Shown here: one piece after another, positions 43,964 to 53,767 of the stretch | Numbering within the stretch: position 1 is the stretch's first letter | How the letters are laid out: each line of letters begins with the position of its first letter | Origin: an uncultured Pelagibacteraceae bacterium | Lineage (GTDB): Bacteria; Pseudomonadota; Alphaproteobacteria; Pelagibacterales; Pelagibacteraceae | Direction of reading: 5' to 3' | Assembly: GCA_902611465.1 (NCBI GenBank) | Contig: CACLZS010000001.1 | Coordinates: forward strand, 72,636-136,635 | DNA: 64,000 bases | The notes under the pieces: generated by a model | What the model was told of the DNA's origin: nothing | Databases searched by the model: none | The model's input: only the letters and a program-made list of their open reading frames with translations | Position numbers and translations under genes: made by a program

Positions 43964-44849
43964 TTAAATTTTCTAAATGTATATCAGAATTTTTTCTAAG
44001 TAATATCGATAGAAGGTTGCCAACTTCTTTTTGTATATCTTTTCTATGCACTACTCTGTCGACAAAGCCATGTTTCTCAACAAATTCAGCTGTTTGAAAA
44101 TCAGAACTTAATTCCTCTTTAACAGTCGCTTGAATTACCCTTTTTCCTGCAAAGGCGATTAGACAGCCAGGTTCTGCCAGATGAATATCCCCTAACATTG
44201 CAAAAGAGGCAGTTATTCCACCAGCGGTAGGATCCGTAAAACACACAATGTAAGGTAAATTATTATTTTTAAGTTCGTTAATTGCAAGCGTTGTTCTAGT
44301 CATATTTGCTAAAGCAATTGTAGACTCGAACATTCTTTGTCCACCTCCACAAGGAAAAAATAAGTAAGGCGTTTGATTATCTATTGCATGTTGTACTCCA
44401 TAAATTATTGCTTCTCCCTCAGCAGCTCCAACCGAACCTCCAATAAAATCAAAGTTTATTGCACCTGCTGTTACTTCTATTCCATTTATTTTTCCTTTAG
44501 CAATCATTACTGCACAATTTTGGTTTGTCTTCTTCCTCGCAATTTTAAGTCTGTCTTTGTAAGATTTTGTATCAACCCAATTTAAAGGATCTTCTGTAGG
44601 TATAGGTGTTTCTAAGATTTGATAAGCGTTTTTACCGAATATTATATCAAACCTTTGTCTACAACTAATTCTATGATGCTTTCCACAAAGATTACAAACC
44701 CATAAATTATTCTCTAAATCTTTCTTCAATATTGGACCTTTACAACAACTAGTCCAATCTGAATTTGCTATATCTTCTTTTGATGGTCTTTTTCTTAGTA
44801 CCTTCTTAATTTTTTCTCCAAAATTTATAGCTTTTGTTAACCAATTCAT
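43920..44849 (-). CDS. accD: acetyl-CoA carboxylase carboxyltransferase beta
   Basis: Zn-ribbon cysteines, FIGGSVG, GGQRMFE, PTAGGITASFA, FAGKRVI. Confidence 0.95.
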   Translation of the reverse strand: MNWLTKAINFGEKIKKVLRKRPSKEDIANSDWTSCCKGPILKKDLENNLWVCNLCGKHHRISCRQRFDIIFGKNAYQILETPIPTEDPLNWVDTKSYKDRLKIARKKTNQNCAVMIAKGKINGIEVTAGAINFDFIGGSVGAAEGEAIIYGVQHAIDNQTPYLFFPCGGGQRMFESTIALANMTRTTLAINELKNNNLPYIVCFTDPTAGGITASFAMLGDIHLAEPGCLIAFAGKRVIQATVKEELSSDFQTAEFVEKHGFVDRVVHRKDIQKEVGNLLSILLRKNSDIHLENLNETSETNIQTREAS

Positions 44850-45646
44850 GATATTTTTTTTCTTAGTTTACTAACTATCTTACTTACATTTATGACAGGA
44901 TTTTGTCTATTGTTTAAACTTCTAGTAATTTCTTTACAAATTTGACTTCCAACAACAAGTCCATCTGTATTTTTAAAATTTGATATAGTTTTTTCAGTTA
45001 TCCCAAAGCCAATAACACAATTTTTTTTAGGACTTATTTTTTTAATTTTATTATAATTAGCTAATATTTTTTTTGGAGAAACTTTTAGCTTTCCTCCTGT
45101 AGTAGACAGCATGCTTATATAGTAAATCATATCATGAGAATCTTTTGTAATACTTTTTAGTCTTTTATTAGATGTTGTAGGAGATAATAATTGGATAAAA
45201 TTAATTGAATTTTTTTTACATTTCTTTGAAAAAATTTTGTTTTCTGGCCATGGTAAATCAACTACTATTAAACCATTAACACCTGATTTTTTACATTTTT
45301 TTAAAAAATTATTTTCACCATATTGGAAAATCATATTATAGTAACCCATAAATATTACTGGTTTTGAATTTTTACTTTTTTTAAAATCTCTTACAATTTT
45401 AAAAATATCATTCATCTTAATACCATTTTTAATCGCTCTATAAGCACTAGTTTGAATTTGTCCTCCATCTGCTACTGGAGTATTATGAGGTACACCAACT
45501 TCTAAAATATCAGCATAATTTGAAATCGCTTTTAAAATCTCTAAAGATTGCTTCTTTGAGCTATCACCAGCCACAGTATAAGTAAGTAACGCTGGTCTTT
45601 TCTCTTCTTTCGCTTTTTTAAATGCAAGGCTAATTGGATTTGACAT
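44846..45646 (-). CDS. trpA: tryptophan synthase alpha subunit
   Basis: LEVGVP...PVADG (catalytic Glu/Asp), MGYYN, VDLP, GFGI, VVGS. Confidence 0.93.
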   Translation of the reverse strand: MSNPISLAFKKAKEEKRPALLTYTVAGDSSKKQSLEILKAISNYADILEVGVPHNTPVADGGQIQTSAYRAIKNGIKMNDIFKIVRDFKKSKNSKPVIFMGYYNMIFQYGENNFLKKCKKSGVNGLIVVDLPWPENKIFSKKCKKNSINFIQLLSPTTSNKRLKSITKDSHDMIYYISMLSTTGGKLKVSPKKILANYNKIKKISPKKNCVIGFGITEKTISNFKNTDGLVVGSQICKEITRSLNNRQNPVINVSKIVSKLRKKIS

Positions 45647-46874
45647 ACTTCTTTCCCAACTTTTTTTCTAAAATTCCACGGTCTTTGTATGCATCTCCGC
45701 AACTATTAATAATTACAACTGTATCCTTGCTCAATTTTTTTGCTTCCTTAATTGCAACCGAGAATGCGTGACTTGGTTCAAGAGAGGGTCTTAAATTTTC
45801 ATATTTTGTAACTATTTGGTATGCTTTTAAAGCCTCTTCATCACTAGCTGCTGTATACCTTGCGCGCTTTGTATCTTTTAAGAAGCAATGAAGTGGTGAA
45901 ATTCCAGGATAATCAAGACCTGCAGATATTGATTCAGTTTCCTCAATCTGACCATCGCTATTTTGATTTACATATTGTGCAGCACCATGAAGTATGCCGA
46001 TTTTTGAACCATAAGTTAAAGGAGCTGCATGCCTTTTGCTTTTACTTGGTCCTCCAGCCTCAACCCCTATAAACTCAACTTGTTTTTTATCATAATCCAT
46101 AAATTCATTCCAAAACCCAAAACTTGAGGAACCTCCTCCCACACAATTATATAATTTAATTTTTTTAGGGACTTCACCAAATTCATTTAATAATTGAACC
46201 TTAAGTTCTCTAGATATTTGACTAGTACTCCAACCACAAATTCTAACAAAAATTGCGGGTCCTACAGTACTTCCTACACACATTGCCGTTGTATCACAAT
46301 TTGCAACCCAAAATCTCATACATTCAGAAACAGCATCCACAAGTGTTTGACTTCCTGAATATACAGGAATTACATCTGCACCATTTTTCTTCATTGCTTT
46401 AACATTCGGTTGTTGTCTCTTTATGTCTTTTGCACCCATAAAAATTTTACATTTTAAACCAAATTTTTTGGCCGCCATGCTTAACATCTTGCCAGCGTAA
46501 CCGGCACCGGTGTCTCCAATTATTACTTTCTTTCCAGACCTTTTTGCCAGTAAACAATGTACAGTTGCATTATATATTTTGTGAGCTCCACCGTTAGCAT
46601 CAGAAACAACCTTTGACCAAATCTGTGCTCCACCAACATGTTTTGTTAAATTATTTAACTTAATAAACCTTGTCGGTGTTCCAATCCAATTTTTGAAATA
46701 TTTATCTCTTTCTTTAATAAAGTTTTTGTCATTTTTTAATTTATTAAATTGTATTTCAAGATCTTCTATTGGTTTCTTAAGTGTTTCAGGCACAAAATTT
46801 CCCCCAAATTTTCCACCCCAAAAACCTAGTCTATCTCCTTGATCTATAACTGGAATTCCTTTTTTAAGTTTCAT
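45630..46874 (-). CDS. trpB: tryptophan synthase beta subunit (diverged active site)
   Basis: FGGNFVPE, GAHK (PLP lysine), CVGGGS, SISAGLDYP, LEPSHA; trpF-trpB-trpA order. Confidence 0.9.
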   Translation of the reverse strand: MKLKKGIPVIDQGDRLGFWGGKFGGNFVPETLKKPIEDLEIQFNKLKNDKNFIKERDKYFKNWIGTPTRFIKLNNLTKHVGGAQIWSKVVSDANGGAHKIYNATVHCLLAKRSGKKVIIGDTGAGYAGKMLSMAAKKFGLKCKIFMGAKDIKRQQPNVKAMKKNGADVIPVYSGSQTLVDAVSECMRFWVANCDTTAMCVGSTVGPAIFVRICGWSTSQISRELKVQLLNEFGEVPKKIKLYNCVGGGSSSFGFWNEFMDYDKKQVEFIGVEAGGPSKSKRHAAPLTYGSKIGILHGAAQYVNQNSDGQIEETESISAGLDYPGISPLHCFLKDTKRARYTAASDEEALKAYQIVTKYENLRPSLEPSHAFSVAIKEAKKLSKDTVVIINSCGDAYKDRGILEKKLGKKYVKSN

Positions 46875-47487
46875 TTTTAATCGCAAAATTTAATAGTTTG
46901 TTAATTTTTTTTAAATCCTTTTTACCTTCTTCATTTTCTAATGAACCGCTTAGATCAATGTAGTAATCTTTATTTTTAAAATTAGGAATATCTTCTATTT
47001 TTATATTTCCAGCAATCATTTTATTTACTGTATCAGGTACAGAATTTAATAATTCATGATTAAATCCAATTGATTTCTCGTAGCCTTTTCCATCAAAAAG
47101 AATTAAATCTGAAACTTCATCATAATCTTTATATATATCGACGTCCTTTTGACTATTAATTGTTAGAGCAGTAATAACTTTGACATTATATCTTTCCTTA
47201 ATTGCTTTTGTCTTTTCAGGACTTACATCATACAGTTGATAAAAGTCAAAATTTAGTTCTTTAATTTCCTCTAATATTTTATTATTTGGATCGACTAAAA
47301 CAGCTACAAAACTAGTCTCTTTTTTTTTTATATTAACTAATTCTTTTAATTTCTTATATTCTACATATCTTCTACTTTTTTTGTAATTACCAATAAAGCC
47401 AACAAACCTCGGAGGAAATTTATGATTTAGAATGTAGTTTAAAGTCTCAAGATCAGAGACCCCACAAATTTTTATTCCTTTGACCAT
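46864..47487 (-). CDS. trpF: phosphoribosylanthranilate isomerase
   Basis: IKICG, VGFI, QLY, LFD; position before trpB. Confidence 0.88.
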   Translation of the reverse strand: MVKGIKICGVSDLETLNYILNHKFPPRFVGFIGNYKKSRRYVEYKKLKELVNIKKKETSFVAVLVDPNNKILEEIKELNFDFYQLYDVSPEKTKAIKERYNVKVITALTINSQKDVDIYKDYDEVSDLILFDGKGYEKSIGFNHELLNSVPDTVNKMIAGNIKIEDIPNFKNKDYYIDLSGSLENEEGKKDLKKINKLLNFAIKNET

Positions 47488-48158
47488 TATTTTAATAGAT
47501 TGATTAAGTTTTGAAGATTATTTTTAATATTTCCTTTGGTAATTGGCCTACCAATTACTAACCAGTCACTTCCATTTTTATACGCCTGTTTTGGCGTTAA
47601 AGTTCTTTTCTGATCATCAACATTAGAGTTAAATCTTATTCCAGGTGTTATTATTTCTTTTTTAAATACTTTCCTGACAATATTTACTTCTTTTGGGCTG
47701 CATACTATTCCATCTAATTTTGCTTTGTGTGCTAATTTAGCTTGTTGAAGAACTATTTGTTGAACTTTCTTATTATAACCAATTTCTTTTAATGACCGGT
47801 TATCGTGTGAAGTGAGGATTGTTACCCCTATTAATTTACTTTTGCCCGAAACTTTTTTAGCTGCCTTTAATGCATTCAGACCAGAACTTATGTGAATTGT
47901 TATATAATTAAACTTTAAATCACTTACTGATTTTATTGCAGATACACAAGTATTTGGAATATCAGCTAATTTATAATCACCAAAGGTGGTTACATTTTTT
48001 AAATTTGATATAAACGATCTACCCTTTTTTGAATTAAGAAATTCTAAACCAAATTTATAACCTATTTTTAGTTTTGAATTTTTTGTTTTTTTTATTATAT
48101 TTTTTACTTTATTTATATTTATACTGTCACAGGCTACAAAAATTTTATTTTTTTTCAT
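47487..48158 (-). CDS. pyrF: orotidine-5'-phosphate decarboxylase
   Basis: DYKLADIPNT, VTILTS, TPGIR, DDQKR, VIGRPI. Confidence 0.96.
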   Translation of the reverse strand: MKKNKIFVACDSININKVKNIIKKTKNSKLKIGYKFGLEFLNSKKGRSFISNLKNVTTFGDYKLADIPNTCVSAIKSVSDLKFNYITIHISSGLNALKAAKKVSGKSKLIGVTILTSHDNRSLKEIGYNKKVQQIVLQQAKLAHKAKLDGIVCSPKEVNIVRKVFKKEIITPGIRFNSNVDDQKRTLTPKQAYKNGSDWLVIGRPITKGNIKNNLQNLINLLK

Positions 48159-48435
48159 TGATTTTTTTTGCCCATTCTTTTGATATTTTGAATAATATTG
48201 ATTTTTTTTCTGGAGTACTTACTTTTTGATTTGTTTTTGGATTTCTTGAAATTCTTGCTTTTTGTAATCTAGGCTCAAAAGAAAATAGTTCTCTTAACTC
48301 AACTCTTTCACCTCTTCTTAATGATTCTTGTATCTCATATACGCAAATATCAAATAGTTTTATTAAATCTTTTTTTAAGAAATTTGGGTAATTATTTCCC
48401 AATTCTTTGATTAAATCTGATTTAACTACTGCCAA
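48145..48435 (-). CDS. ihfB: integration host factor beta (HU/IHF family)
   Basis: KSDLI, GERVELR, RNPKT; downstream of rpsA. Confidence 0.85.
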   Translation of the reverse strand: MAVVKSDLIKELGNNYPNFLKKDLIKLFDICVYEIQESLRRGERVELRELFSFEPRLQKARISRNPKTNQKVSTPEKKSILFKISKEWAKKINEKK

Positions 48436-48437
48436 TT

Positions 48438-50177
48438 TTACTCGTTATCCTTATTCTTTTTTTTATCATCTAATTGTTCTGAGAGAGATGAGAATGGAAG
48501 GTTTTTTCCACTTAATGGGCTAGAATGTTCTTTTATCGCTTTAGCATTCATTATTTCTTCAAGCAGTTTTATACTTAAAGATACTTTTCTCTTATCAAAG
48601 TTTAATTCAGATATGGCTGCATCTATTCTCTCTCCTCCTACAAATCTTGAAGGTCTTGCATCTGAACTACTCATAGCTATTTGTGATTTTTTGATTAGAA
48701 TTTCAATTTCGCAATCCTCTGGTTTTACAATTAGGCCTTTGTTATCTGATGAAATCACCTTTACAGTAATTGCATCATTAATCTTTTTATCTTTAAACCA
48801 ATCAAATGGGTCTGCTTGTAACTGTTTTAGTCCAACTCTTACTTTTTGGTCAGTTTTTTTTATTTCTAAAATTTTTACTTTTAAATCATCGCCTTTTTTA
48901 TATTTTTTTAGCTCTTCTTCGGGTTTTCCAGTATATGAAAGGTCATTAGAGTGTAAAAATCCATCAATATCAAAATCTTCTAATTTTAGATAAATAGCAT
49001 ATTCATTTAAATTATTTACCTTCCCGTTTATTTCTGATCCAACTGGGTAGCTTCTTTCTAGTTTTGAATAAGGGTTTTCCTGAGTAAGTCTATGTGAAAT
49101 TGCTACTCTTCTCTTTTCTTTGTCTATCTCATTTATAATACAATCTATTTGATCACCTACAGAAAACATTTTTTTAGGAGATATATTTTTTTTTGTCCAG
49201 CTAATCTCGCTACTATGAAGTAAAGTGCTTAGTCCAGGCTCTAATTCACAGAAACAACCATAGTCAGTAATTTTGACGACTTTCACTTTATATTTACTTC
49301 CTATTTGGTAATTCGATATATGTTCAAAAGGATCTGGAGAAAGTTGTTTAAGAGAACATCCGACTTGTAACTTATCCATATCTATAGAAATTATTTTTAA
49401 ATCATGCTTTTCACCAATATTAAAAATTTCATCTGGATGATTTACTCTGCTATAACTTATTTCTTGAAGATGACAGAGTGTATCTATTGTTCCTTCTGGT
49501 GTGTTAACTTCAAAAAAACATCCAAAAGATGAGTAACCTTTTACAACAGCATCTTTTATAATATCACCTACCTTAAATTTTTCTATAATTTTAGCTTTAT
49601 CCTCTTTTTTACTTGAGGAAACTACTTGTCTTCTTGATACAACGCTGTTTCCTCGCACCATATCAAGTTTTATAAGTGCAAACTTTTGTTCAACACCGAT
49701 TAAATGGTCAATATTTTTAATAGGTTTATCCGAAATTTGAGACCCAGGACAAAACATAAGCGAACCAGTTTCAATGTGTTCAACAATTACTCCACCCTTA
49801 GTTTTTTGTGTAATTTTTCCGTCTATTAGTTCATTATTCTCATAGCACTTAACTAATTTATTCCATCCTTTAATTTTCTGAGCTTTTAACGCTGAGACAA
49901 TTACATCACCGTTTTTATCCTCTATTTTTTCTAACAAAACAGATATGATTGAACCTTCTTTAACATCTTCCATGCCTATCATTTTAATCTCATTTACATC
50001 AATTACAGGCTCGCTTTTCAAACCCTGAATAAATAAAAAAATATACTTGTTTGTTATTTTTGTAACTTTGCCATCAATAATCTTTCCTTCTTCAATTTTA
50101 CTTTTTGATAATTGATTACTTAGTAATTTTTCAAATTGCTGTTTTGCTGGTGATGATAAGTCTGAGTAAATTTCCAT
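48438..50177 (-). CDS. rpsA: 30S ribosomal protein S1
   Basis: Repeated S1 domains (LHSSEISW, LSIKL); cmk-rpsA-ihfB order. Confidence 0.95.
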   Translation of the reverse strand: MEIYSDLSSPAKQQFEKLLSNQLSKSKIEEGKIIDGKVTKITNKYIFLFIQGLKSEPVIDVNEIKMIGMEDVKEGSIISVLLEKIEDKNGDVIVSALKAQKIKGWNKLVKCYENNELIDGKITQKTKGGVIVEHIETGSLMFCPGSQISDKPIKNIDHLIGVEQKFALIKLDMVRGNSVVSRRQVVSSSKKEDKAKIIEKFKVGDIIKDAVVKGYSSFGCFFEVNTPEGTIDTLCHLQEISYSRVNHPDEIFNIGEKHDLKIISIDMDKLQVGCSLKQLSPDPFEHISNYQIGSKYKVKVVKITDYGCFCELEPGLSTLLHSSEISWTKKNISPKKMFSVGDQIDCIINEIDKEKRRVAISHRLTQENPYSKLERSYPVGSEINGKVNNLNEYAIYLKLEDFDIDGFLHSNDLSYTGKPEEELKKYKKGDDLKVKILEIKKTDQKVRVGLKQLQADPFDWFKDKKINDAITVKVISSDNKGLIVKPEDCEIEILIKKSQIAMSSSDARPSRFVGGERIDAAISELNFDKRKVSLSIKLLEEIMNAKAIKEHSSPLSGKNLPFSSLSEQLDDKKKNKDNE

Positions 50178-50833
50178 TAATAATTAATTTTTTTATCCAT
50201 AATACTTTTTATCTTTTTAAAGCAGGACTTCTTACTTAATTTAGTAGTATTAATCAAGATAGAATCTTTTGTTTTTTTTAACGGTCCATATTTTCTTTCT
50301 TTATCTGATTTGTCCCTTTTTCTAAGGCTTTTTAATACTTCATTATAACTGATTTTTTTATTTAACTCCTTATATTCATAGAATCTTCTATTTGCTCTTG
50401 TCTTAATATTTGCGGTAATAAAAAACTTAAACATCGCATCTTTTACCTGAACAGTAATTATATCTCTGCCATCCAATACAGACCCTTTATATTTTTTTGG
50501 AGGATTGTATGCGCACTTCTGTTGAAACTTGTGTACTATGCTTCTGATTTTTTTATCCCTTGCAATTTTTGATGCTGAAAGTGCAACTTCATTAGACAAT
50601 AAAGATTTATTTTTTAACTTTTTTAAATTTAAAGTTTCAATTCTGTGTTTAACCAAATTATATGTAAATTTATTTCCAAATTTAAGTTTTAAATTTCCTA
50701 TATATCTATAAATTTTTCCTGTATCTAAATAAAATAATTTATAATGTTTTGATATCAATTTAGCCTGTGTTCCAGCACCAGCGGCGGCTGGTGAATCTAT
50801 TGCAACTGTAATTATATTCTTTCTTCTTTTCAA
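50177..50833 (-). CDS. cmk: cytidylate kinase (atypical P-loop)
   Basis: VAIDSPAAAGAGT, LDTG-x2-YR, DGRDI, RA-x-RR, RD-x2-D-x2-R...PL; aroA-cmk-rpsA order. Confidence 0.9.
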   Translation of the reverse strand: MKRRKNIITVAIDSPAAAGAGTQAKLISKHYKLFYLDTGKIYRYIGNLKLKFGNKFTYNLVKHRIETLNLKKLKNKSLLSNEVALSASKIARDKKIRSIVHKFQQKCAYNPPKKYKGSVLDGRDIITVQVKDAMFKFFITANIKTRANRRFYEYKELNKKISYNEVLKSLRKRDKSDKERKYGPLKKTKDSILINTTKLSKKSCFKKIKSIMDKKINY

Positions 50834-52155
50834 TTTATAGTTGCTCCAAGAAATTTTAAGATTTTAAGAAAATTAGGAAATGAGGTATTGGCACTTTTTT
50901 TTTCATTAATTTTCCAATTTCCTCCTAAAGTTAAAGCAGCTATACAGGATAGAAAAAAAATTCTATGATCTTTTAAATAATTTCTTATTTCAAAATTTTT
51001 AGACAATGTTATTTTGGGATTACCATGAATATTTATATTATTTTTAAACCTTTCAACTTTAATACCAATTAATTTTAAAAATTTTACTGCTAAATCTAAT
51101 CTTTTTGATTCTTTTTTATTCATTTCACCCAGGTCTTTAAATTTTGATACACCATAGGCCTTTGCAGCAACAAGAAAAATAATTAAAAATTCATCAATTG
51201 CTGAACTATTAAACTTTGATGGACAATTTATTGAATTCAATTTTGTAATACTTTTAACATAAATATCAGCCACTTCTTCACCTTTGTAAAATTTTTTATT
51301 TTTGACCTTTATTTTCGCTCCCATCTTATTAAGGATTTGAATAATTCCGATTCTACTTTTGTTAACATTAACACCTTCAATTACAATTTTAGATTTCTTT
51401 GAAAGAAGAGTAAGTACAATAAAAAATGATGCTGAGCTAATATCCCCTGGCACTTTGTATTCAAAAGATTTAAATTGTTTTAATCCATCTATAAATATTT
51501 TATCTATTTGTCCTTTTTTTTGAACTCTAATTGGATAATTAAATGATTTTAACATTAATTCAGTGTGATTTCTTGAGACTTTTGAATTTATAATCGTAGT
51601 TCCAGGTGTATTTAAAGCACTTAAAATAATGCAAGACTTAACTTGCGCACTACCAATGGTTTCATTGTAAGTAATTGGTCTTAAAAAATCTGTTCCTATT
51701 ATTTCAATTGGTAGAGAATTATTTTTACTTTTAATATTAACCCCAAAAAGTTTTAGAGGTTTTATAACTCTTGAAAAGTCCCTTCTAGATAAGCTTTTAT
51801 CGCCTTTCATTTTTACAATAAATTTAGACTTTACGAGTAAACCCAAGATTAATCTTGCTAATGTACCTGAGTTTCCCGCATTTATAGTTGTATTTTTTTT
51901 AATATCGAAACCATTTAATCCAAATCCTTTTATATAATATATTTTGTTCTTTTTTTTATAATTTATTCCTAGTTTTTTTATTGTTTTGAGTGAATTTAAT
52001 ACGTCTTCAGACTCCAGCAGATTTGAAATCTTAGATGTACCCACTGCTTGCGAAGCCAACAGTATAGATCTAATTGAAATACTTTTATCAGAACCAACTT
52101 TTATTTTCTTATCAAAGCTTTTGATTTTTTTTTTTATTACAATATACTTTGACAC
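50830..52155 (-). CDS. aroA: EPSP synthase
   Basis: DKSIS, GNSGT, SAQVKS, RNHTE, PGDISSA, KES, DHRI. Confidence 0.96.
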   Translation of the reverse strand: MSKYIVIKKKIKSFDKKIKVGSDKSISIRSILLASQAVGTSKISNLLESEDVLNSLKTIKKLGINYKKKNKIYYIKGFGLNGFDIKKNTTINAGNSGTLARLILGLLVKSKFIVKMKGDKSLSRRDFSRVIKPLKLFGVNIKSKNNSLPIEIIGTDFLRPITYNETIGSAQVKSCIILSALNTPGTTIINSKVSRNHTELMLKSFNYPIRVQKKGQIDKIFIDGLKQFKSFEYKVPGDISSASFFIVLTLLSKKSKIVIEGVNVNKSRIGIIQILNKMGAKIKVKNKKFYKGEEVADIYVKSITKLNSINCPSKFNSSAIDEFLIIFLVAAKAYGVSKFKDLGEMNKKESKRLDLAVKFLKLIGIKVERFKNNINIHGNPKITLSKNFEIRNYLKDHRIFFLSCIAALTLGGNWKINEKKSANTSFPNFLKILKFLGATIN

Positions 52156-52160
52156 TTAAA

Positions 52161-52937
52161 TTATTTTATTTGAAATTCTTCACCAAAATAAGCAGAACGT
52201 GCACTAGAATCATTTACTATTTCATCTGGACTTCCTGATGCAATAATTTTGCCATTTGATAATACAATTGCTCTATCAACACAACTTAACAAATCTCTAG
52301 CTTGATGATCACAAACTACTACTGTAATTCTGTCTAAAGATTGTAGATTTACAATAATTTCTTGCAGCATTTTTATTGTAAGAATATCTAAGGCTGCAAA
52401 AGGTTCATCTAGAAGTAAAATATTTGGATCATTAATTAAAGCCATCGATATTACTAATTTTTTCTTTTGACCACCTGATAGATGCTTTGCCTTTATTTTT
52501 AGTAATGGATCGAATTCAAATTGCGAAATAATTTTTTCAATTTTTGTTATTCTTAAGTTTTTATCTTTAATATGAATTTCTGCAACTAGATTTAAGTTCT
52601 CTACTAAACTTAGATCTTGAATAAATCCTCCATACTGAGGAACGTATCCTAATTTAAATTTAGTTGCTCTTTCATAAATAGGGATATTTGTACAATCATT
52701 TCCATTTATAAAAACCCTTCCATAACTTGGGTCTTTTAAACCAGTTATAATATGAAAAATAGTTGACTTACCTACACCATTAGGTCCTAACATCCCAAGA
52801 ATTTCTTGTTTGTTTATTATTAAATCTAAACTATTTAGAATTTGTCTCTTATTGTAAAACATAGATATTTTATCAAGCTTTAAGATCTCTTCTGTTTCTT
52901 TAAATTTTTTTATTCTAAATTTTTTAATCAATGCCAT
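52161..52937 (-). CDS. lptB: LPS export ABC transporter ATPase
   Basis: GPNGVGKST, LSGGQ, LLDEPFA, DHQAR, YFGEEF C-terminus. Confidence 0.92.
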   Translation of the reverse strand: MALIKKFRIKKFKETEEILKLDKISMFYNKRQILNSLDLIINKQEILGMLGPNGVGKSTIFHIITGLKDPSYGRVFINGNDCTNIPIYERATKFKLGYVPQYGGFIQDLSLVENLNLVAEIHIKDKNLRITKIEKIISQFEFDPLLKIKAKHLSGGQKKKLVISMALINDPNILLLDEPFAALDILTIKMLQEIIVNLQSLDRITVVVCDHQARDLLSCVDRAIVLSNGKIIASGSPDEIVNDSSARSAYFGEEFQIK

Positions 52938-53767
52938 TAGTTGCTTATAACTTCAATTTTTGTATTTATACTTTCAGGATTAATATTTATATCTTTTGTT
53001 TTCAAGTCAAATTCTACTATTCCAGCTTTCATAGTTGATTTAGGGTCAGTAATTATTACATCATTATAAGCAATTGCTTTATTTGTACTCATATTGATAT
53101 CAAAATTTACACACGAAATTTTCTTGTCTTGATAATCTATTATTACATTTTCATAAAATTTTGAGTCTAAATTTGAAATATTGTACTCAGCATAATCAGA
53201 AGTTATAAAAATCGTATCTCTTTTATCAGATTTAATTTCACCTCTCACGTTTTCTAAGTCTAATATATTTTTATTTGTATTGTTAGTTTTACCTGAATTA
53301 GCAAGAAGTCGGAATCTGTTACCCCCTTCATCCACTGATGTATATTCAACGTCTTTTACAAAGTTTTTAATTTCTTTATCTTTATCTTCTAGTTTAATTT
53401 TTTTTATTTCTTTTTTTTCTATTCGTTTAGCTTCTTCTTTTTTTTTATCTAATTCATTTTTTTTATTTTTTTTTATTTCTTCATTTTTATTTAAAGTTTT
53501 TTTTTCACTTTCCAAAATGTTTGTTTCTTCTACAGTAATTTTTTCATTAATTTTTGTTTGTAATTTTTTACTAAGATTATTATTTTTTGACTCTAATTCT
53601 AATATTTTTTTTTCAAGATCTAATAATTTTTTATTTTCGATACCCTCACTTAATTTAATTTCTTCAACAACTTTTTTTTTTTCATCAAAGTATTTAAAGT
53701 ATACTGAACCTACAATAATCAGTATTAATAAAAGAATTACAATTTGAATGAGAGATTTAAATGACAT
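52937..53767 (-). CDS. lptC: LptC-like LPS export protein with long charged coiled-coil linker
   Basis: N-terminal TM, about 110-aa E/K-rich segment, beta-rich C-terminal domain; kdsD-x-lptB context. Confidence 0.7.
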   Translation of the reverse strand: MSFKSLIQIVILLLILIIVGSVYFKYFDEKKKVVEEIKLSEGIENKKLLDLEKKILELESKNNNLSKKLQTKINEKITVEETNILESEKKTLNKNEEIKKNKKNELDKKKEEAKRIEKKEIKKIKLEDKDKEIKNFVKDVEYTSVDEGGNRFRLLANSGKTNNTNKNILDLENVRGEIKSDKRDTIFITSDYAEYNISNLDSKFYENVIIDYQDKKISCVNFDINMSTNKAIAYNDVIITDPKSTMKAGIVEFDLKTKDININPESINTKIEVISN

